64,000 bases of DNA from a virus (Duplodnaviria > Heunggongvirae > Uroviricota > Caudoviricetes): IMG/VR virus record IMGVR_UViG_3300028422_001686. The stretch is one strand, 5' to 3'. The notes under the pieces were generated by a model. That model was given only the letters and a program-made list of their open reading frames with translations. It was not told where the DNA came from and made no database searches. Made by a program: the position numbers and the translations under genes. Below are positions 1 through 10,165 of the stretch, one piece after another. Every line of letters begins with the position of its first letter. The stretch's first letter is position 1.

Positions 1-2
1 GT

Positions 3-920
3 TTGGAAGGAGAAACAGTTACTATTAAAATGGGTAATGTTAAATTTCCATCTATTGATTGTGAAAATAGAGAAGTTAACTTAAATGATTTTGTTAATCA
101 TGATTTTACTCTTTTAGAACATAGAGCATTAACGGCAACTTGGGCCGGACATGATCCAGGTTATTATGGTTATTTTACGTGGAACACAGATTCATATTCA
201 TATGATGTTGTATTTAATGCTTATGAAAGACTGTATATGAAGATTGTACCTTTATATGCAGATCAAAGTAATATTGATGATGAAGTTCTTTTTGAATCTG
301 TACCATTGGAACGCTTGTTAATTGTTGATGATGCAAGAGAAACTGAGTTGAAAGCAGTGGGAGTTTCTGGAACATTAGGACAAGATCTTAGTTATCAGGA
401 TATTGTTGATCAAATTCCATTAAGTGCAGCTGAGTTATCATTTAATACTAATCGAAGTAGTTATTATCAATTCCTGTATCAATTTGCAGTAAATGGTTTA
501 TTGAATCTTAATGGTTCAGCAAATATTGATTTAATTGGAAATAATGCTAGTTGCGGCATTGGTGCAGATTTTAGTGTTACTGATGGTATTTATGATCACC
601 TAAATGTTTGGGTAACTGAAGGTGGTGTTGATTATAACTATGAAGATGTTACTGAAGATATGGTAAACATTGGAATTGTTGGTTCAAGAATGGTTTTGAA
701 TAATGGCGCAGCAGGTACTAGATATTTTAGTCTTAATGATGAAGATATTGATCCTGCATGTACTGCGGTAGGAATGGATACTCTGTTTATTGGTGTTATT
801 GCTTATACTTATGCTCTTAATTATAATGGCGTAGGTTTTTATGATGCGACTATTTGTTATAATCCAAGCACTAAGGAAACAAAGTATATTAGTTATTGCC
901 GTACAGGATTAAACTTTTAG
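3..920 (+). CDS. hypothetical protein (5' partial at window edge), Gly/Asn/Tyr-rich, possibly structural
   Basis: Long ORF running in from the window start. The composition (G/N/Y/V-rich) resembles phage fibre or structural proteins. Confidence 0.45.
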   Translation: MEGETVTIKMGNVKFPSIDCENREVNLNDFVNHDFTLLEHRALTATWAGHDPGYYGYFTWNTDSYSYDVVFNAYERLYMKIVPLYADQSNIDDEVLFESVPLERLLIVDDARETELKAVGVSGTLGQDLSYQDIVDQIPLSAAELSFNTNRSSYYQFLYQFAVNGLLNLNGSANIDLIGNNASCGIGADFSVTDGIYDHLNVWVTEGGVDYNYEDVTEDMVNIGIVGSRMVLNNGAAGTRYFSLNDEDIDPACTAVGMDTLFIGVIAYTYALNYNGVGFYDATICYNPSTKETKYISYCRTGLNF

Positions 921-1240
921 TATCACTTTTTTATTATGAAGTTTTTATGAAAAATGATATTGATATTAATGATGCAGAAAAAATGATTAAGAAGATTGAA
1001 GAACTTTTAAAAGATATGTCTGATGAAGAATTCTGTTTAAATGCTCTTTCAATTTTAGAAGATTATTTTTCAGATTTTATTGTTAATGATTTTATGTTGC
1101 CGTTTCCTGGTATTGAAATTTATACTAAATCTTCAAAATATGTATATTTTCTTCATCATAAAAAATGGTTAAATCTGAACTTTATTGTATTTGAAGTTTC
1201 TAATCATGGCATTTTTGTGGAATTACGCAAAAATGACTAA
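896..1240 (+). CDS. hypothetical protein
   Basis: 114-aa ORF in the co-directional gene array. Confidence 0.35.
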   Translation: MPYRIKLLVSLFYYEVFMKNDIDINDAEKMIKKIEELLKDMSDEEFCLNALSILEDYFSDFIVNDFMLPFPGIEIYTKSSKYVYFLHHKKWLNLNFIVFEVSNHGIFVELRKND

Positions 1241-1277
1241 AAAATTATTTTACCATTCCATTAAGAAGGAGGTTCTT

Positions 1278-1589
1278 ATGGATAATGGGAATAAGGAGGT
1301 GGGTCAAAATGTAGATCATCTTGAAATTGAAAGTCCGTTGGCTTTCTTAGTTGATCTATTTGAAGACTCATTGTTAATTGTTGCAATTGTTCTTATCGTT
1401 GAAGCTATTTTTCATGGTTGGTTTATGATGCCAGTTGGTATCATATTGCTTGGTGTTTATGTATTTATGAGACATAAGCGCCCTAGCTTTAAAAAGCTAA
1501 TTGAGAAAAGTGCTAAAAGTTTGAACATGCGCATTAATTCTTTGACACAAGATCTAAACCTTTTTAAAAGAGGAGGAGAGATTGGCTAA
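1278..1589 (+). CDS. hypothetical membrane protein
   Basis: ATG at 1278 preceded by the RBS AAGGAGG. A hydrophobic helix (LLIVAIVLIVEAIF) is present. Confidence 0.45.
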   Translation: MDNGNKEVGQNVDHLEIESPLAFLVDLFEDSLLIVAIVLIVEAIFHGWFMMPVGIILLGVYVFMRHKRPSFKKLIEKSAKSLNMRINSLTQDLNLFKRGGEIG

Positions 1590-1842
1590 TGAGAAAGATG
1601 AAAAGCTTTCTTCATTAATCAAAGAACAGTTTTGTCATCCAGATGAAGAGTTTAATCAGTTTCTTACTGAGAAGATTCTTCTTCTGGTTGATGAGCTGTC
1701 TATGTATGAAAATGGAGAAGGACAGTTGGTGCCTTTTGGATATATTCTTGAATTATCTCAAGACACTACAGAAGTTTTACGTTCTTACTTTCAACATTTA
1801 TCAGAAACTGTTGAAGTAGAGTATGAATTGGAGGCAGTATGA
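1582..1842 (+). CDS. hypothetical protein
   Basis: 86-aa ORF, translationally coupled to its neighbours. Confidence 0.4.
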   Translation: MANEKDEKLSSLIKEQFCHPDEEFNQFLTEKILLLVDELSMYENGEGQLVPFGYILELSQDTTEVLRSYFQHLSETVEVEYELEAV

Positions 1843-2447
1843 AATTGTTTATCATATTGTTAATGCTTATGTTTGTTTCTTGTAGTTCTATTTCAACAGT
1901 ACGAAATGAACAAATTGAAGCATCTAATGAAATTTTGTTACTTGAAGATCAATATACTTCAAGACCAAGTTGGGAAAGTGATAAAGGTTATATTGATAAT
2001 AATATTGTTGTAGTTGGATCAGCAGAAGGTCCTGTAGAACAGAGTGAGATGTATTTGCAAGATGCGGCTGATTTTAATGCAAAAGTAATGTTAACAGAAG
2101 AGTTTCCTGAAGACATAAGGATTGCAGTACAGTCTGCTGCTTCGTCTGTAAACACTGATGTTTATCAGGAACATTTTAAAACAAGTTTAAAAACAATTTT
2201 AGGATTTCATTCATCAAGAGTTGTTGATCGTCATTGTGCAAAAGTTTTAAGACATTATTCTATTCAAAGTTCATTGAAAAGAGTTTGTTGGTCTAAAACT
2301 CAAGTTCCTGTAGCTATTGTTAAAAAAGTACTTATGGATAATTTGGCAAGATTAGCTGGTGAAAATAAAAGTCAAATGTTTGCAAAACGGTTAGATTCAG
2401 AATTAAGTAAACTTGAAGAAAAAAGACAATTGGATATTGTTAAATAG
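1839..2447 (+). CDS. putative lipoprotein
   Basis: N-terminal signal peptide plus a lipobox-like FVSCSS. Confidence 0.5.
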   Translation: MKLFIILLMLMFVSCSSISTVRNEQIEASNEILLLEDQYTSRPSWESDKGYIDNNIVVVGSAEGPVEQSEMYLQDAADFNAKVMLTEEFPEDIRIAVQSAASSVNTDVYQEHFKTSLKTILGFHSSRVVDRHCAKVLRHYSIQSSLKRVCWSKTQVPVAIVKKVLMDNLARLAGENKSQMFAKRLDSELSKLEEKRQLDIVK

Positions 2448-2474
2448 TTTATTTTTGTATAAAAGGGAGGTCTT

Positions 2475-3212
2475 ATGAAATATTATATTTTAATGTTAAT
2501 ATTAAGTCTCCCTTTATGTCTTTTTGCTAATTCTAGTTTTAATGTTAAAGATCTTGATAATTATGAATTAATAGAAAAAGTTAGAATTGTTAATTATTCT
2601 TGTTTTTCTGATGATATGAAAAAATCATTGGGAGATGGATATTATATTACTATTGAAGCTGATTCTTATGAAGATGCTGTAAATGTTTTAAAATTAAGAG
2701 CTCCAATGTTATTAAATAATTTTAATGCAACTGTAGCTATTCGTTCTAAAAATCATATTGTAGATATTGATGCTTTGGAGGTATCTACAATAAATTTTCC
2801 ATCTGCAACATTGTTTGCTTGTGAAAATAAAAAAGCTGTTAGTGGCTTTTTTCCTTATAAGAAAAAAGAATTTGAATATAATTTGGATAGTAAAACTATT
2901 GAGAATATAAAATTAGCCAGATTAAAAGGGATATCTGTTTTAGTTTTAATTTATCCTATTGGATATACTTGTAATTCCTTATATGCAAATTTTATGAAAA
3001 GTATTTATCATAAAAAGCATAAAGGAGCAGTAGTTTCTATTGTTATTTCTAATGGTATTTATGATATTATTTGTACTAATTCAAATGAAAAAATGTTTAA
3101 ATTTGAATTACCTACTTATCTACGAAAAGGCTTACAAGCAATAAACTTTAATAATCTTTATAGACTTCCTTATATACAGACTTCCGAATTAATTAAGAAA
3201 GTATTCCCTTAA
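2475..3212 (+). CDS. putative secreted protein
   Basis: RBS GGGAGG. An N-terminal signal peptide ends in the cleavage-site-like ...FANSSF. Confidence 0.5.
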   Translation: MKYYILMLILSLPLCLFANSSFNVKDLDNYELIEKVRIVNYSCFSDDMKKSLGDGYYITIEADSYEDAVNVLKLRAPMLLNNFNATVAIRSKNHIVDIDALEVSTINFPSATLFACENKKAVSGFFPYKKKEFEYNLDSKTIENIKLARLKGISVLVLIYPIGYTCNSLYANFMKSIYHKKHKGAVVSIVISNGIYDIICTNSNEKMFKFELPTYLRKGLQAINFNNLYRLPYIQTSELIKKVFP

Positions 3213-3270
3213 AATAAATATTAAATAAAATATTTATGATTACTTTTTATTATACTACGGAGGGATAGCT

Positions 3271-3480
3271 ATGAAGGAAATCGTTATTTGTTGCAGAGAA
3301 TCCTCAGTTAAATCTGATCTTGATGCTAAAGTTAATGTAGAAAAGAAATTTGTATGTATCCAGAAAGATAGGATTGTTTTTCATGGTATACCTATTGATT
3401 TTACTACTAAACGAGAAATGACTAAATGTACACATTGCAACAATAGAGGTTTTCTTTGTAAAGAATGTCTTACTTCGTGA
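3271..3480 (+). CDS. small Cys-rich (Zn-ribbon-like) protein
   Basis: RBS GGAGGG. C-terminal CTHCNNRGFLCKEC motif. Confidence 0.4.
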   Translation: MKEIVICCRESSVKSDLDAKVNVEKKFVCIQKDRIVFHGIPIDFTTKREMTKCTHCNNRGFLCKECLTS

Positions 3481-3535
3481 CCTGTTTTATATTTTTATTT
3501 TGTATCATTATGGAAGATGAGAAAAAGGAGTTAGT

Positions 3536-3889
3536 ATGGAAGCTTTAAGGGAGGTGGTTATGCACAGCTTTAATCAAGTCGTTGTTGTAGGTGGAGATCA
3601 AGAAAAAGTTGCTAAAATCACACGTGCTTTTATGGATTTTTCTAATGTTGTTATTCAATTTCCTAGTTTAGGAGAAACTTTATCTTCACTGTTTTCACAC
3701 AGAGAAATGAGTAGATTTAATGTCATGGTTATTGCTGATCATGGCTTTAATAAAGAAGACATTGATTATGCTTTAGCTAATAATGTTAAAATTATTTCTT
3801 TTGTAAGGTTATCTTTTCTTGATGATAAAGATTATAAGTGTTTAGATAAACTTTCAATTGATGATATTTCTGAATTAAAGGTTGCTTAA
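3536..3889 (+). CDS. hypothetical protein
   Basis: RBS AAGGAG upstream of a 117-aa ORF. Confidence 0.45.
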   Translation: MEALREVVMHSFNQVVVVGGDQEKVAKITRAFMDFSNVVIQFPSLGETLSSLFSHREMSRFNVMVIADHGFNKEDIDYALANNVKIISFVRLSFLDDKDYKCLDKLSIDDISELKVA

Positions 3890-4040
3890 AAGAGATAATT
3901 TTCTTTTTAGACATTTTTTCAAGAATATAGTGGAGTTCGCAGTCTATTGGTTTTTTTAACTTCGACATTTAACCAGTAGATTATGAGCTCCATTATATTT
4001 TTATTCAATAAAATCCTTAACAATAACAAAAGGATATCGT

Positions 4041-5069
4041 ATGAATTTTCAAGCTAAATTTCAATTAATCGACGATACTTTTGAACATTTTATTTCTGAT
4101 CTTAAAGAAATTAGAAGAAATGATAACTTCTTTAATATCTATTGTAATTCAAGAGAAACTAATCAATATGTTGAAAATAAAGTATGTTCAGATATTCGTC
4201 CAGATTGTTATTATTTAGAATTTTATCATAACAATTCTGTTATAGGAAATCCTATTGATCTTTGTTATTCTAGTAACGATGAATTTAAAAGAGTGGGTGA
4301 ACCTGTTACTTTTTTATCTGAAACAGCTTTAGCTACTGCTGTTGCAGAAAAACATAATGGTAATTCTTTGGTTATTATTCATCGTTTTACTATGAGATAT
4401 ATGTTTTTTAAATGTATTTATGATCGTTTAAAACAAATTGCTTTTAAACGAAGTTCTTACAAAACTATATCAGGAATGAGACCAAATACTTATCTTATTA
4501 TTAGAGATTTAAGTAAATTGTTTCAAAGGTTTTTTCTACTTAATGCTAATAGAGAAAATTTTCTTAAAAAAATGTCTAATAGAATTCAATTTGTTCCTTT
4601 CAAATGTAGAATTAAAGATAATTCTTATTTTTTTAACAACATTGCTAATTTTTCTATTGATAATTCAATGTTATGGGGTTTTCGTGCTTCCTTTAAAAAG
4701 GGAGATCCTAATCCTCAATTTGAAGAACATGTTAATGATTCTGGTGTTCTTGCTGATTGTTTAGATTGGGATAACGTTATTTTGGATAAAGATCGTTTAC
4801 TTTGGTATTGTAATGAACTTAATTTAACTTTGGCACCTTCTGGAGCTGAATCTGTAAATAAAGGTTATGTTGTATTACAGGATGAAAGTAATTATGAATC
4901 TTTATTGTGCGGTAATTCTATTACTGATAAAGGAAGTCATTTACATTATACAATGTTTGATGATCCTTCTAAAACTGTTGCTAGGGAACAGACTCATCAA
5001 ACAACTGATGGTGCCTATCTTGATAATATTGATTTATCTTTTGATTTTGAAGTTTTAAATAAAAACTAG
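4041..5069 (+). CDS. hypothetical protein
   Basis: 342-aa ORF with RBS AAAAGGA. Confidence 0.5.
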   Translation: MNFQAKFQLIDDTFEHFISDLKEIRRNDNFFNIYCNSRETNQYVENKVCSDIRPDCYYLEFYHNNSVIGNPIDLCYSSNDEFKRVGEPVTFLSETALATAVAEKHNGNSLVIIHRFTMRYMFFKCIYDRLKQIAFKRSSYKTISGMRPNTYLIIRDLSKLFQRFFLLNANRENFLKKMSNRIQFVPFKCRIKDNSYFFNNIANFSIDNSMLWGFRASFKKGDPNPQFEEHVNDSGVLADCLDWDNVILDKDRLLWYCNELNLTLAPSGAESVNKGYVVLQDESNYESLLCGNSITDKGSHLHYTMFDDPSKTVAREQTHQTTDGAYLDNIDLSFDFEVLNKN

Positions 5070-5078
5070 GAGTATTTT

Positions 5079-7892
5079 ATGGATAATGCAAGAAAAATAG
5101 ATGTTTCTAGAAATTATTTAAGCTATGATTCTGGTAAAATCCATCAAAAAGATCCTAATGTTAACAACGCTGTAGTTGTGTATTATCAAAGTGGGGTTGA
5201 TGTTACTTATTCATTTGATGATTTTTTATCTTTAAATGATGAAGAAAAGATGAGTTTTGTTGAACAACTCCATGGTGTTGATTGTCATATTATGGGAAGG
5301 AATTCTTTTTGCAATAGAACTGTTGTTTTTAAAAGAAAAGAGGTTTTACCTATTTTTGCTGAATCATTGTTTAATTCTTTTGCTGAAAATTTAGCTGATA
5401 AAGATTTTGTTTGGCCTAAAAGTGAACCTGTTGGTGTTTATGCCAAGTGTGAATGTGGCTCATTGTCATATCCTGCAATTATAAATGGTGATATGGATGA
5501 AACCGTTGCACTTGATTATGATTTAAAACCAGATCATAGTCATTGGTATTGTCCTGCTTGTGATTCTTTTCATGATACTGAAGGTACATTGCAATATCTT
5601 GCTTCAAGATATAATTCAGTTAAAGAAGTTTTTGTTACAGCTATCCCTTTTGATATTAATGATCCTGGTATTACTCTTAATTTAGGCCTTAAGGTTAAAA
5701 TTCAAGTTTCTCGTGGTATTTCTGAATCTGGAGCGAAAGGAATTGTTGTTCCTTATAAAGACAGTATGTTGGGTAAAGTTAGAGGAACTGTTGAAAATTT
5801 TGAAATTGATGAAAAATTGGATATTAATTTACCTGTGCATTTAGCTGTACCTTATGGTGCTATGAAAGGAAAAGGTGCAGGTATTGCTTTAAATGCTATT
5901 CGTTTAAGTAATGCTGTGTTTGGTACATTTGTTTGTCCTAATGAAATATACAAAAGTAATGGCAACTTAGACGTATTAAATGTAAAAATGAATAAAATTC
6001 ATAAAGGAGTTTGGACGCGTCAAGTTGTAACTAAAACTGGTTTTCAAATTGTACAATCTGAAGTTTGGTTTGGTTTGGAAGATTTAATTGTTACTGAGTT
6101 TAATGATGAATTTAGTAGGGCTAAGACTGACTTAGAATCAGTTGATTTATCTCCAGTTCAAAGTTTATTTTATCAAGTTTATGGTCTATCTAAATTAGAT
6201 GATATGTTACGAAAATGTTCAATTAAAGGATATGAACAAAATGGTGATTTTTTTCACCATTTAATTAAAACGGCTATTGGTGGATTTTCAGATAATTATT
6301 CAAAGTATAATTTTGAAAATTTCTTTAAAAATCCTAGAATGCTGGAACTATTTAATGTTAAGCATCCAAATGCACGTTTTAATTATGCTTTGAATTTACC
6401 TTTACCTTCATGGCAAAATCTTATTAGATATCATCCGTATTTTTCTCATGATTTTTTTAAGAAGGGTGTTGTTTTTGAAGATGTTGAAAAAGGTAAACTA
6501 TATGTACTTCCACCTTCTGGGATAATTGTACACTTAGTTAGTCAAGGCCGTCTTAATGACATTTATATTGGTGAACTTATATTGAAAATTCTAGATCTTT
6601 TTACTGCTATTTGGGCTAAAAAGAAATTGATAAATTCACCATCCAATGTCAGATTTTTTATTGATGATATTAGAAAGTTTTTTGAGAATGGAATTCAACA
6701 GAAAAGTTCTGCTTTATTAAGAGGAAAGAAAGGTTATTTTACTCTTTCAATGAGACAGACATTGAATGGATTTCAAGCTAAGAGTTTTACTTCAAATTTA
6801 GTTCCACCTTATACAGCTGTTATAGTTAAAAAATCTTTTTGGTTTAAAAAGAATAAGTCTGTTTTAGGTGAATCTGAAATTTATGGACCTTTGCATCGTG
6901 ATCCTTGTTTGTTTCCTTCTCAAGGTGATAATATTCATCGATTGTGGTCAGTTGAAGATTTTGATAAATATCTTAAGGAAAGATATAATGTTTCTTTCAA
7001 AGAAATTTATGGAAATTTTACTGGTATTATTTTAAATCCGATAAATACTATTCTCCATCATCAAATGGATTCTGACGGAGATTTAGTTCGTGTAGCTGTA
7101 CCTTTTGATAAAGAGTCTCAAGATGAACTAAAAAGAATTTATGATTTACGAAAAGATTTTTCTTTCTTTAAAGGAACTGAAAGTTTAGTGGCTAAGTATT
7201 TTTCTGAAGTTAATAATAATTGGTTATGGGACTATTTTGTTGGTGAATGTCAAAAAGCTGATGAAAAATCTTATTTTCCAACTTTAAAAGTAAGTGCTCA
7301 AACTACTTCTTCTAGAAATTTAATGATTATTAAATCTGCAAATAAAAAAGAAGATATTGGTCCAATTACTAAAAGTATGTGGTCTATTCATGCTTTAGCA
7401 TTTTCTTTATTAGCTAGAAAAGTATTAACATTGCAAGAAGTTATTTATATTGTTGCTACTTATCAAGCAATTATTGTTCAACAAGGAACAGTTAGATCTT
7501 TAAAGGCTTCGCTTGATTTAACACAATGTAATTTGAGTCCTCTTGCTCAAAATGTAATTTCTAATACTGATGCTACTAAAACTGTTAGGGAGTTATTGAA
7601 AGAAGAATTAGATCATAGGAATTTAGGTTTTGTTTTTCCTGCAATGGAAAAACTATTGGATTATTGGAACAATTTATTAACTTTGAGAAAACAGTTAAGA
7701 GAAAATGATCCTAATGCTGAAATTCCTGAAATGAGATGGAATGATTTAATTGTTCAAGTTATCTATGGTGCAAAAAGTGATAAATTTACAATTTATGATT
7801 TAAAGAAATATGCACCAAGATTTGTTCATGAAAAAACTCCAGAACTTCATTTGATGAAAGATTTATTGAAAGAAATTGTTAGTATATCTTAG
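5079..7892 (+). CDS. large protein with a Zn-finger and a DxDGD motif; candidate YonO-like single-subunit (two-barrel) RNA polymerase
   Basis: 937 aa. The motif HHQMDSDGDLVRV matches DxDGD, the metal-binding motif of YonO/crAss-type and qRdRP-type two-barrel RNA polymerases. A CxxC...CxxC cluster lies near the N-terminus. No NTPase Walker motifs were seen. Confidence 0.35.
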   Translation: MDNARKIDVSRNYLSYDSGKIHQKDPNVNNAVVVYYQSGVDVTYSFDDFLSLNDEEKMSFVEQLHGVDCHIMGRNSFCNRTVVFKRKEVLPIFAESLFNSFAENLADKDFVWPKSEPVGVYAKCECGSLSYPAIINGDMDETVALDYDLKPDHSHWYCPACDSFHDTEGTLQYLASRYNSVKEVFVTAIPFDINDPGITLNLGLKVKIQVSRGISESGAKGIVVPYKDSMLGKVRGTVENFEIDEKLDINLPVHLAVPYGAMKGKGAGIALNAIRLSNAVFGTFVCPNEIYKSNGNLDVLNVKMNKIHKGVWTRQVVTKTGFQIVQSEVWFGLEDLIVTEFNDEFSRAKTDLESVDLSPVQSLFYQVYGLSKLDDMLRKCSIKGYEQNGDFFHHLIKTAIGGFSDNYSKYNFENFFKNPRMLELFNVKHPNARFNYALNLPLPSWQNLIRYHPYFSHDFFKKGVVFEDVEKGKLYVLPPSGIIVHLVSQGRLNDIYIGELILKILDLFTAIWAKKKLINSPSNVRFFIDDIRKFFENGIQQKSSALLRGKKGYFTLSMRQTLNGFQAKSFTSNLVPPYTAVIVKKSFWFKKNKSVLGESEIYGPLHRDPCLFPSQGDNIHRLWSVEDFDKYLKERYNVSFKEIYGNFTGIILNPINTILHHQMDSDGDLVRVAVPFDKESQDELKRIYDLRKDFSFFKGTESLVAKYFSEVNNNWLWDYFVGECQKADEKSYFPTLKVSAQTTSSRNLMIIKSANKKEDIGPITKSMWSIHALAFSLLARKVLTLQEVIYIVATYQAIIVQQGTVRSLKASLDLTQCNLSPLAQNVISNTDATKTVRELLKEELDHRNLGFVFPAMEKLLDYWNNLLTLRKQLRENDPNAEIPEMRWNDLIVQVIYGAKSDKFTIYDLKKYAPRFVHEKTPELHLMKDLLKEIVSIS

Positions 7893-8388
7893 TAAAAGTT
7901 GGCCCTTCCACTTTATTGTGGAGGGGCTAATACGTGAGGTTTTTATGGCTTGGTATCATACGAATAAATGTTCATGTCCAGTAGGAAATTGTGATTGTCA
8001 TGAAGAAACCACAATTAGATTGCCTTTTGAAAATGATTTGGATTCTTTAGAAAGGATTTACAATTCCTTGAAAAAAGATCATAAAATGATTATTGAAAAA
8101 ATTTCTAAAAAAGAAGAATTCTTGATAAAGGAAGAAAGGAGAATTAGGCAATTAAAGCCAAATGTTTTACAAAAGTTAATTGAAGATCTGAAAGTAAATA
8201 AGGCTATTTTAGGTAAAGAAGTAAAAGATTTAACAAAAAGTTATAATTCTGTTGTTAAAGCTTTAGTTTTTTTACTTAAAAGAAAATCGTTATCTGGAGA
8301 TGAATTAGCAATTTTACTTGAATGTTATGAAGAAGTTGATGATGAAGATTTGTATGTTACTTTTAAAGAGAATCTTAAGAAGAAATAA
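7876..8388 (+). CDS. hypothetical protein (Cys/His cluster, coiled-coil)
   Basis: 170-aa ORF. An internal ATG near 7945 (MAWYHTNKCSCPVGNCDCHEE) is the likelier start. Confidence 0.4.
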   Translation: MLVYLSKSWPFHFIVEGLIREVFMAWYHTNKCSCPVGNCDCHEETTIRLPFENDLDSLERIYNSLKKDHKMIIEKISKKEEFLIKEERRIRQLKPNVLQKLIEDLKVNKAILGKEVKDLTKSYNSVVKALVFLLKRKSLSGDELAILLECYEEVDDEDLYVTFKENLKKK

Positions 8389-8399
8389 CTGGAGAATTT

Positions 8400-8885
8400 A
8401 TGGTTATTGCATTTACTGGTCATAGACCTAACAGAATTCCTAGTGATATTGTTTGTAAAAGTGCTATTCTTCGTTCATTAAAGGAATATAATGTTAATTT
8501 TATGACTGATGTTTTTCATGTAGGTGGCTGTCCAGGATTTGATACTTATGTTCTTGAGGTACTTATTGAAAACAATGTTCCTTATAGTCATATTTGTCTC
8601 TTTGTTCCATTTCCTAATTTTGAAAAATATGCCACAAGAAATAATGATGAAAATATAAGAGCTAATAATCTTAATTTGAAGGTTATTTCTGAAGGTTGTC
8701 AATTTAATGTTTCAGGAGGAAATTCAGGAACATTTGGTCAAAAATGTTATAGAAGAAACATTGCTTTATGTGAAAATGCAGATGTTTTGTTTACTAATCT
8801 ATCATCAAATAAAGGTGGAACTGCTAATACTGTTAATTTAGCTAAAAATCATTTTAAAATTCCTGTTATTAACATTCATTGTTAA
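8400..8885 (+). CDS. hypothetical protein, possibly a SLOG-type (DUF2493-like) nucleotide-binding fold
   Basis: N-terminal IAFTGHRP motif is reminiscent of SLOG-family Rossmann proteins. This assignment is tentative. Confidence 0.3.
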   Translation: MVIAFTGHRPNRIPSDIVCKSAILRSLKEYNVNFMTDVFHVGGCPGFDTYVLEVLIENNVPYSHICLFVPFPNFEKYATRNNDENIRANNLNLKVISEGCQFNVSGGNSGTFGQKCYRRNIALCENADVLFTNLSSNKGGTANTVNLAKNHFKIPVINIHC

Positions 8886-8902
8886 TTTTTTAAGGAGGAT
8901 GT

Positions 8903-9397
8903 ATGTTATATGATTTGGAAAGAGGATGTGCTTTAATTGATCCTGATGATTTAAAAGATGAGAATGATCTTTGGGGCGCTTTTATTAGAGCCAATAGTCA
9001 TAAGGCTACTCAAGATGCTGTTTTTAGAAGGTTAAATAAATTTATTGATTCTCTTCAACCATCGGAATCTTCTAATTTAGTTTGGACTAGATTGGCTAAA
9101 GAAATAGGAGATATGAGTGATAACTCAAAATCTGATATTTCTATTGTTGAAGAAGCTATTGCTCGGGCAGTAGGTAGAAATGATAGTAATTTTTTAAAAT
9201 TAGCAGGTCTTTTGTTTATGATTACTATTGCTGAAAGAAAAGAAACTTGGCTATCAGCTAAAACAAAAGAAAATGAAAGATATGATCCTATTACTGGTAA
9301 GGAGATTGCTTGGCGATCATATTGGATCAATGAAAACTTTAAGAAAAATGTTGATTTATCTGGCTTAAGTAAAAAATTTAAAGTTAAAACTAAGTAG
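8903..9397 (+). CDS. hypothetical protein
   Basis: RBS AAGGAGGA upstream of a 164-aa ORF. Confidence 0.45.
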   Translation: MLYDLERGCALIDPDDLKDENDLWGAFIRANSHKATQDAVFRRLNKFIDSLQPSESSNLVWTRLAKEIGDMSDNSKSDISIVEEAIARAVGRNDSNFLKLAGLLFMITIAERKETWLSAKTKENERYDPITGKEIAWRSYWINENFKKNVDLSGLSKKFKVKTK

Positions 9398-9413
9398 TTT
9401 TAAGGAGGATTTT

Positions 9414-9809
9414 TTGTTTATGAAAGTATTATCTAAAGAAGAGGAGAGTTTTATGCCATCTGAAAAAAAAGGGAAAAAGAAAACAAAGTACTCTGATAGT
9501 AAGAGGCAAGCTGTTTTTAGAAAGTTAAAGAAAGGAATTTCTCTTAAACTTATTTCTAAGGAAATGAATATTCCTTATGGTACTTTGATTTCTTGGAATA
9601 AAAAGTATAGACAATCTGTACTTCAAAGAACAAAGTCAAAAGTTAAAACTAAGAAAAATGTTCAATCAACTCTTGTCGCTGAATCTAAGCCAAGAAGAAG
9701 TGCTGAAACTGTTGAATTAACTCTTAGAAATCGTGCTCTTGAAGAAGAAAATGCAATTTTAAGAAAATTGGTTATTGATCAAATTATTGAATTTAAAGCT
9801 ATTAAGTAA
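9414..9809 (+). CDS. HTH DNA-binding protein resembling an IS3-family transposase OrfA (N-terminal HTH plus leucine-zipper)
   Basis: RBS AAGGAGGA. The segment KKGISLKLISKEMNIPYGTLISWNKKYRQ and the C-terminal LRNRALEEENAILRKLV follow the IS3 OrfA/InsN pattern. No OrfB follows. Confidence 0.4.
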   Translation: MFMKVLSKEEESFMPSEKKGKKKTKYSDSKRQAVFRKLKKGISLKLISKEMNIPYGTLISWNKKYRQSVLQRTKSKVKTKKNVQSTLVAESKPRRSAETVELTLRNRALEEENAILRKLVIDQIIEFKAIK

Positions 9810-9814
9810 TATTC

Positions 9815-10165
9815 AATTATTTTGGGCCTGTCTTTTGATGGGCCCAATCAATAAAACCCTTACAATAAAATTAACTTCATATTTTATTTATAAATCAAGA
9901 TAGTTTTTAAATAAATTAGGAAAATATTTAACTGACAAGCTCTGTCTTAATAATACATTTTTAAATAAAATTTTTATGGCTTTTTACTCTTTTTTAAAAG
10001 AGTAATTGCTACAATAAATAAATAATCTTTTACTTAATTCGTAGGCTCTGTCTTACTTATTAAGTAAAACTTTATGCAAAAAACTTATAATTTAGTTTCT
10101 TCAGTAACGCCTCTGACTTTTGACTTCGACTAATTAGTCTCAAGTAACGCCTCTGACTTTTTCTA
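9815..10165 (+). repeat. AT-rich intergenic region with five copies of a G(C)CTCTG(T/A)CTT motif, iteron-like
   Basis: The five copies are GGGCCTGTCTT (9815), GCTCTGTCTTA (9930), GCTCTGTCTTA (10035) and two 21-nt direct repeats CAAGTAACGCCTCTGACTTTT (10092 and 10141). Confidence 0.4.

Noticed and set aside
4543-5058. Alternative-frame ORFs 4543-4764 and 4867-5058 inside the 4041-5069 gene
   Set aside because: They are Leu/Ile-rich low-complexity translations of AT-rich sequence nested in a longer ORF.
9414-9809. Complete IS3-family insertion sequence
   Set aside because: Only an OrfA-like HTH protein is present, with no DDE transposase ORF and no terminal inverted repeats.
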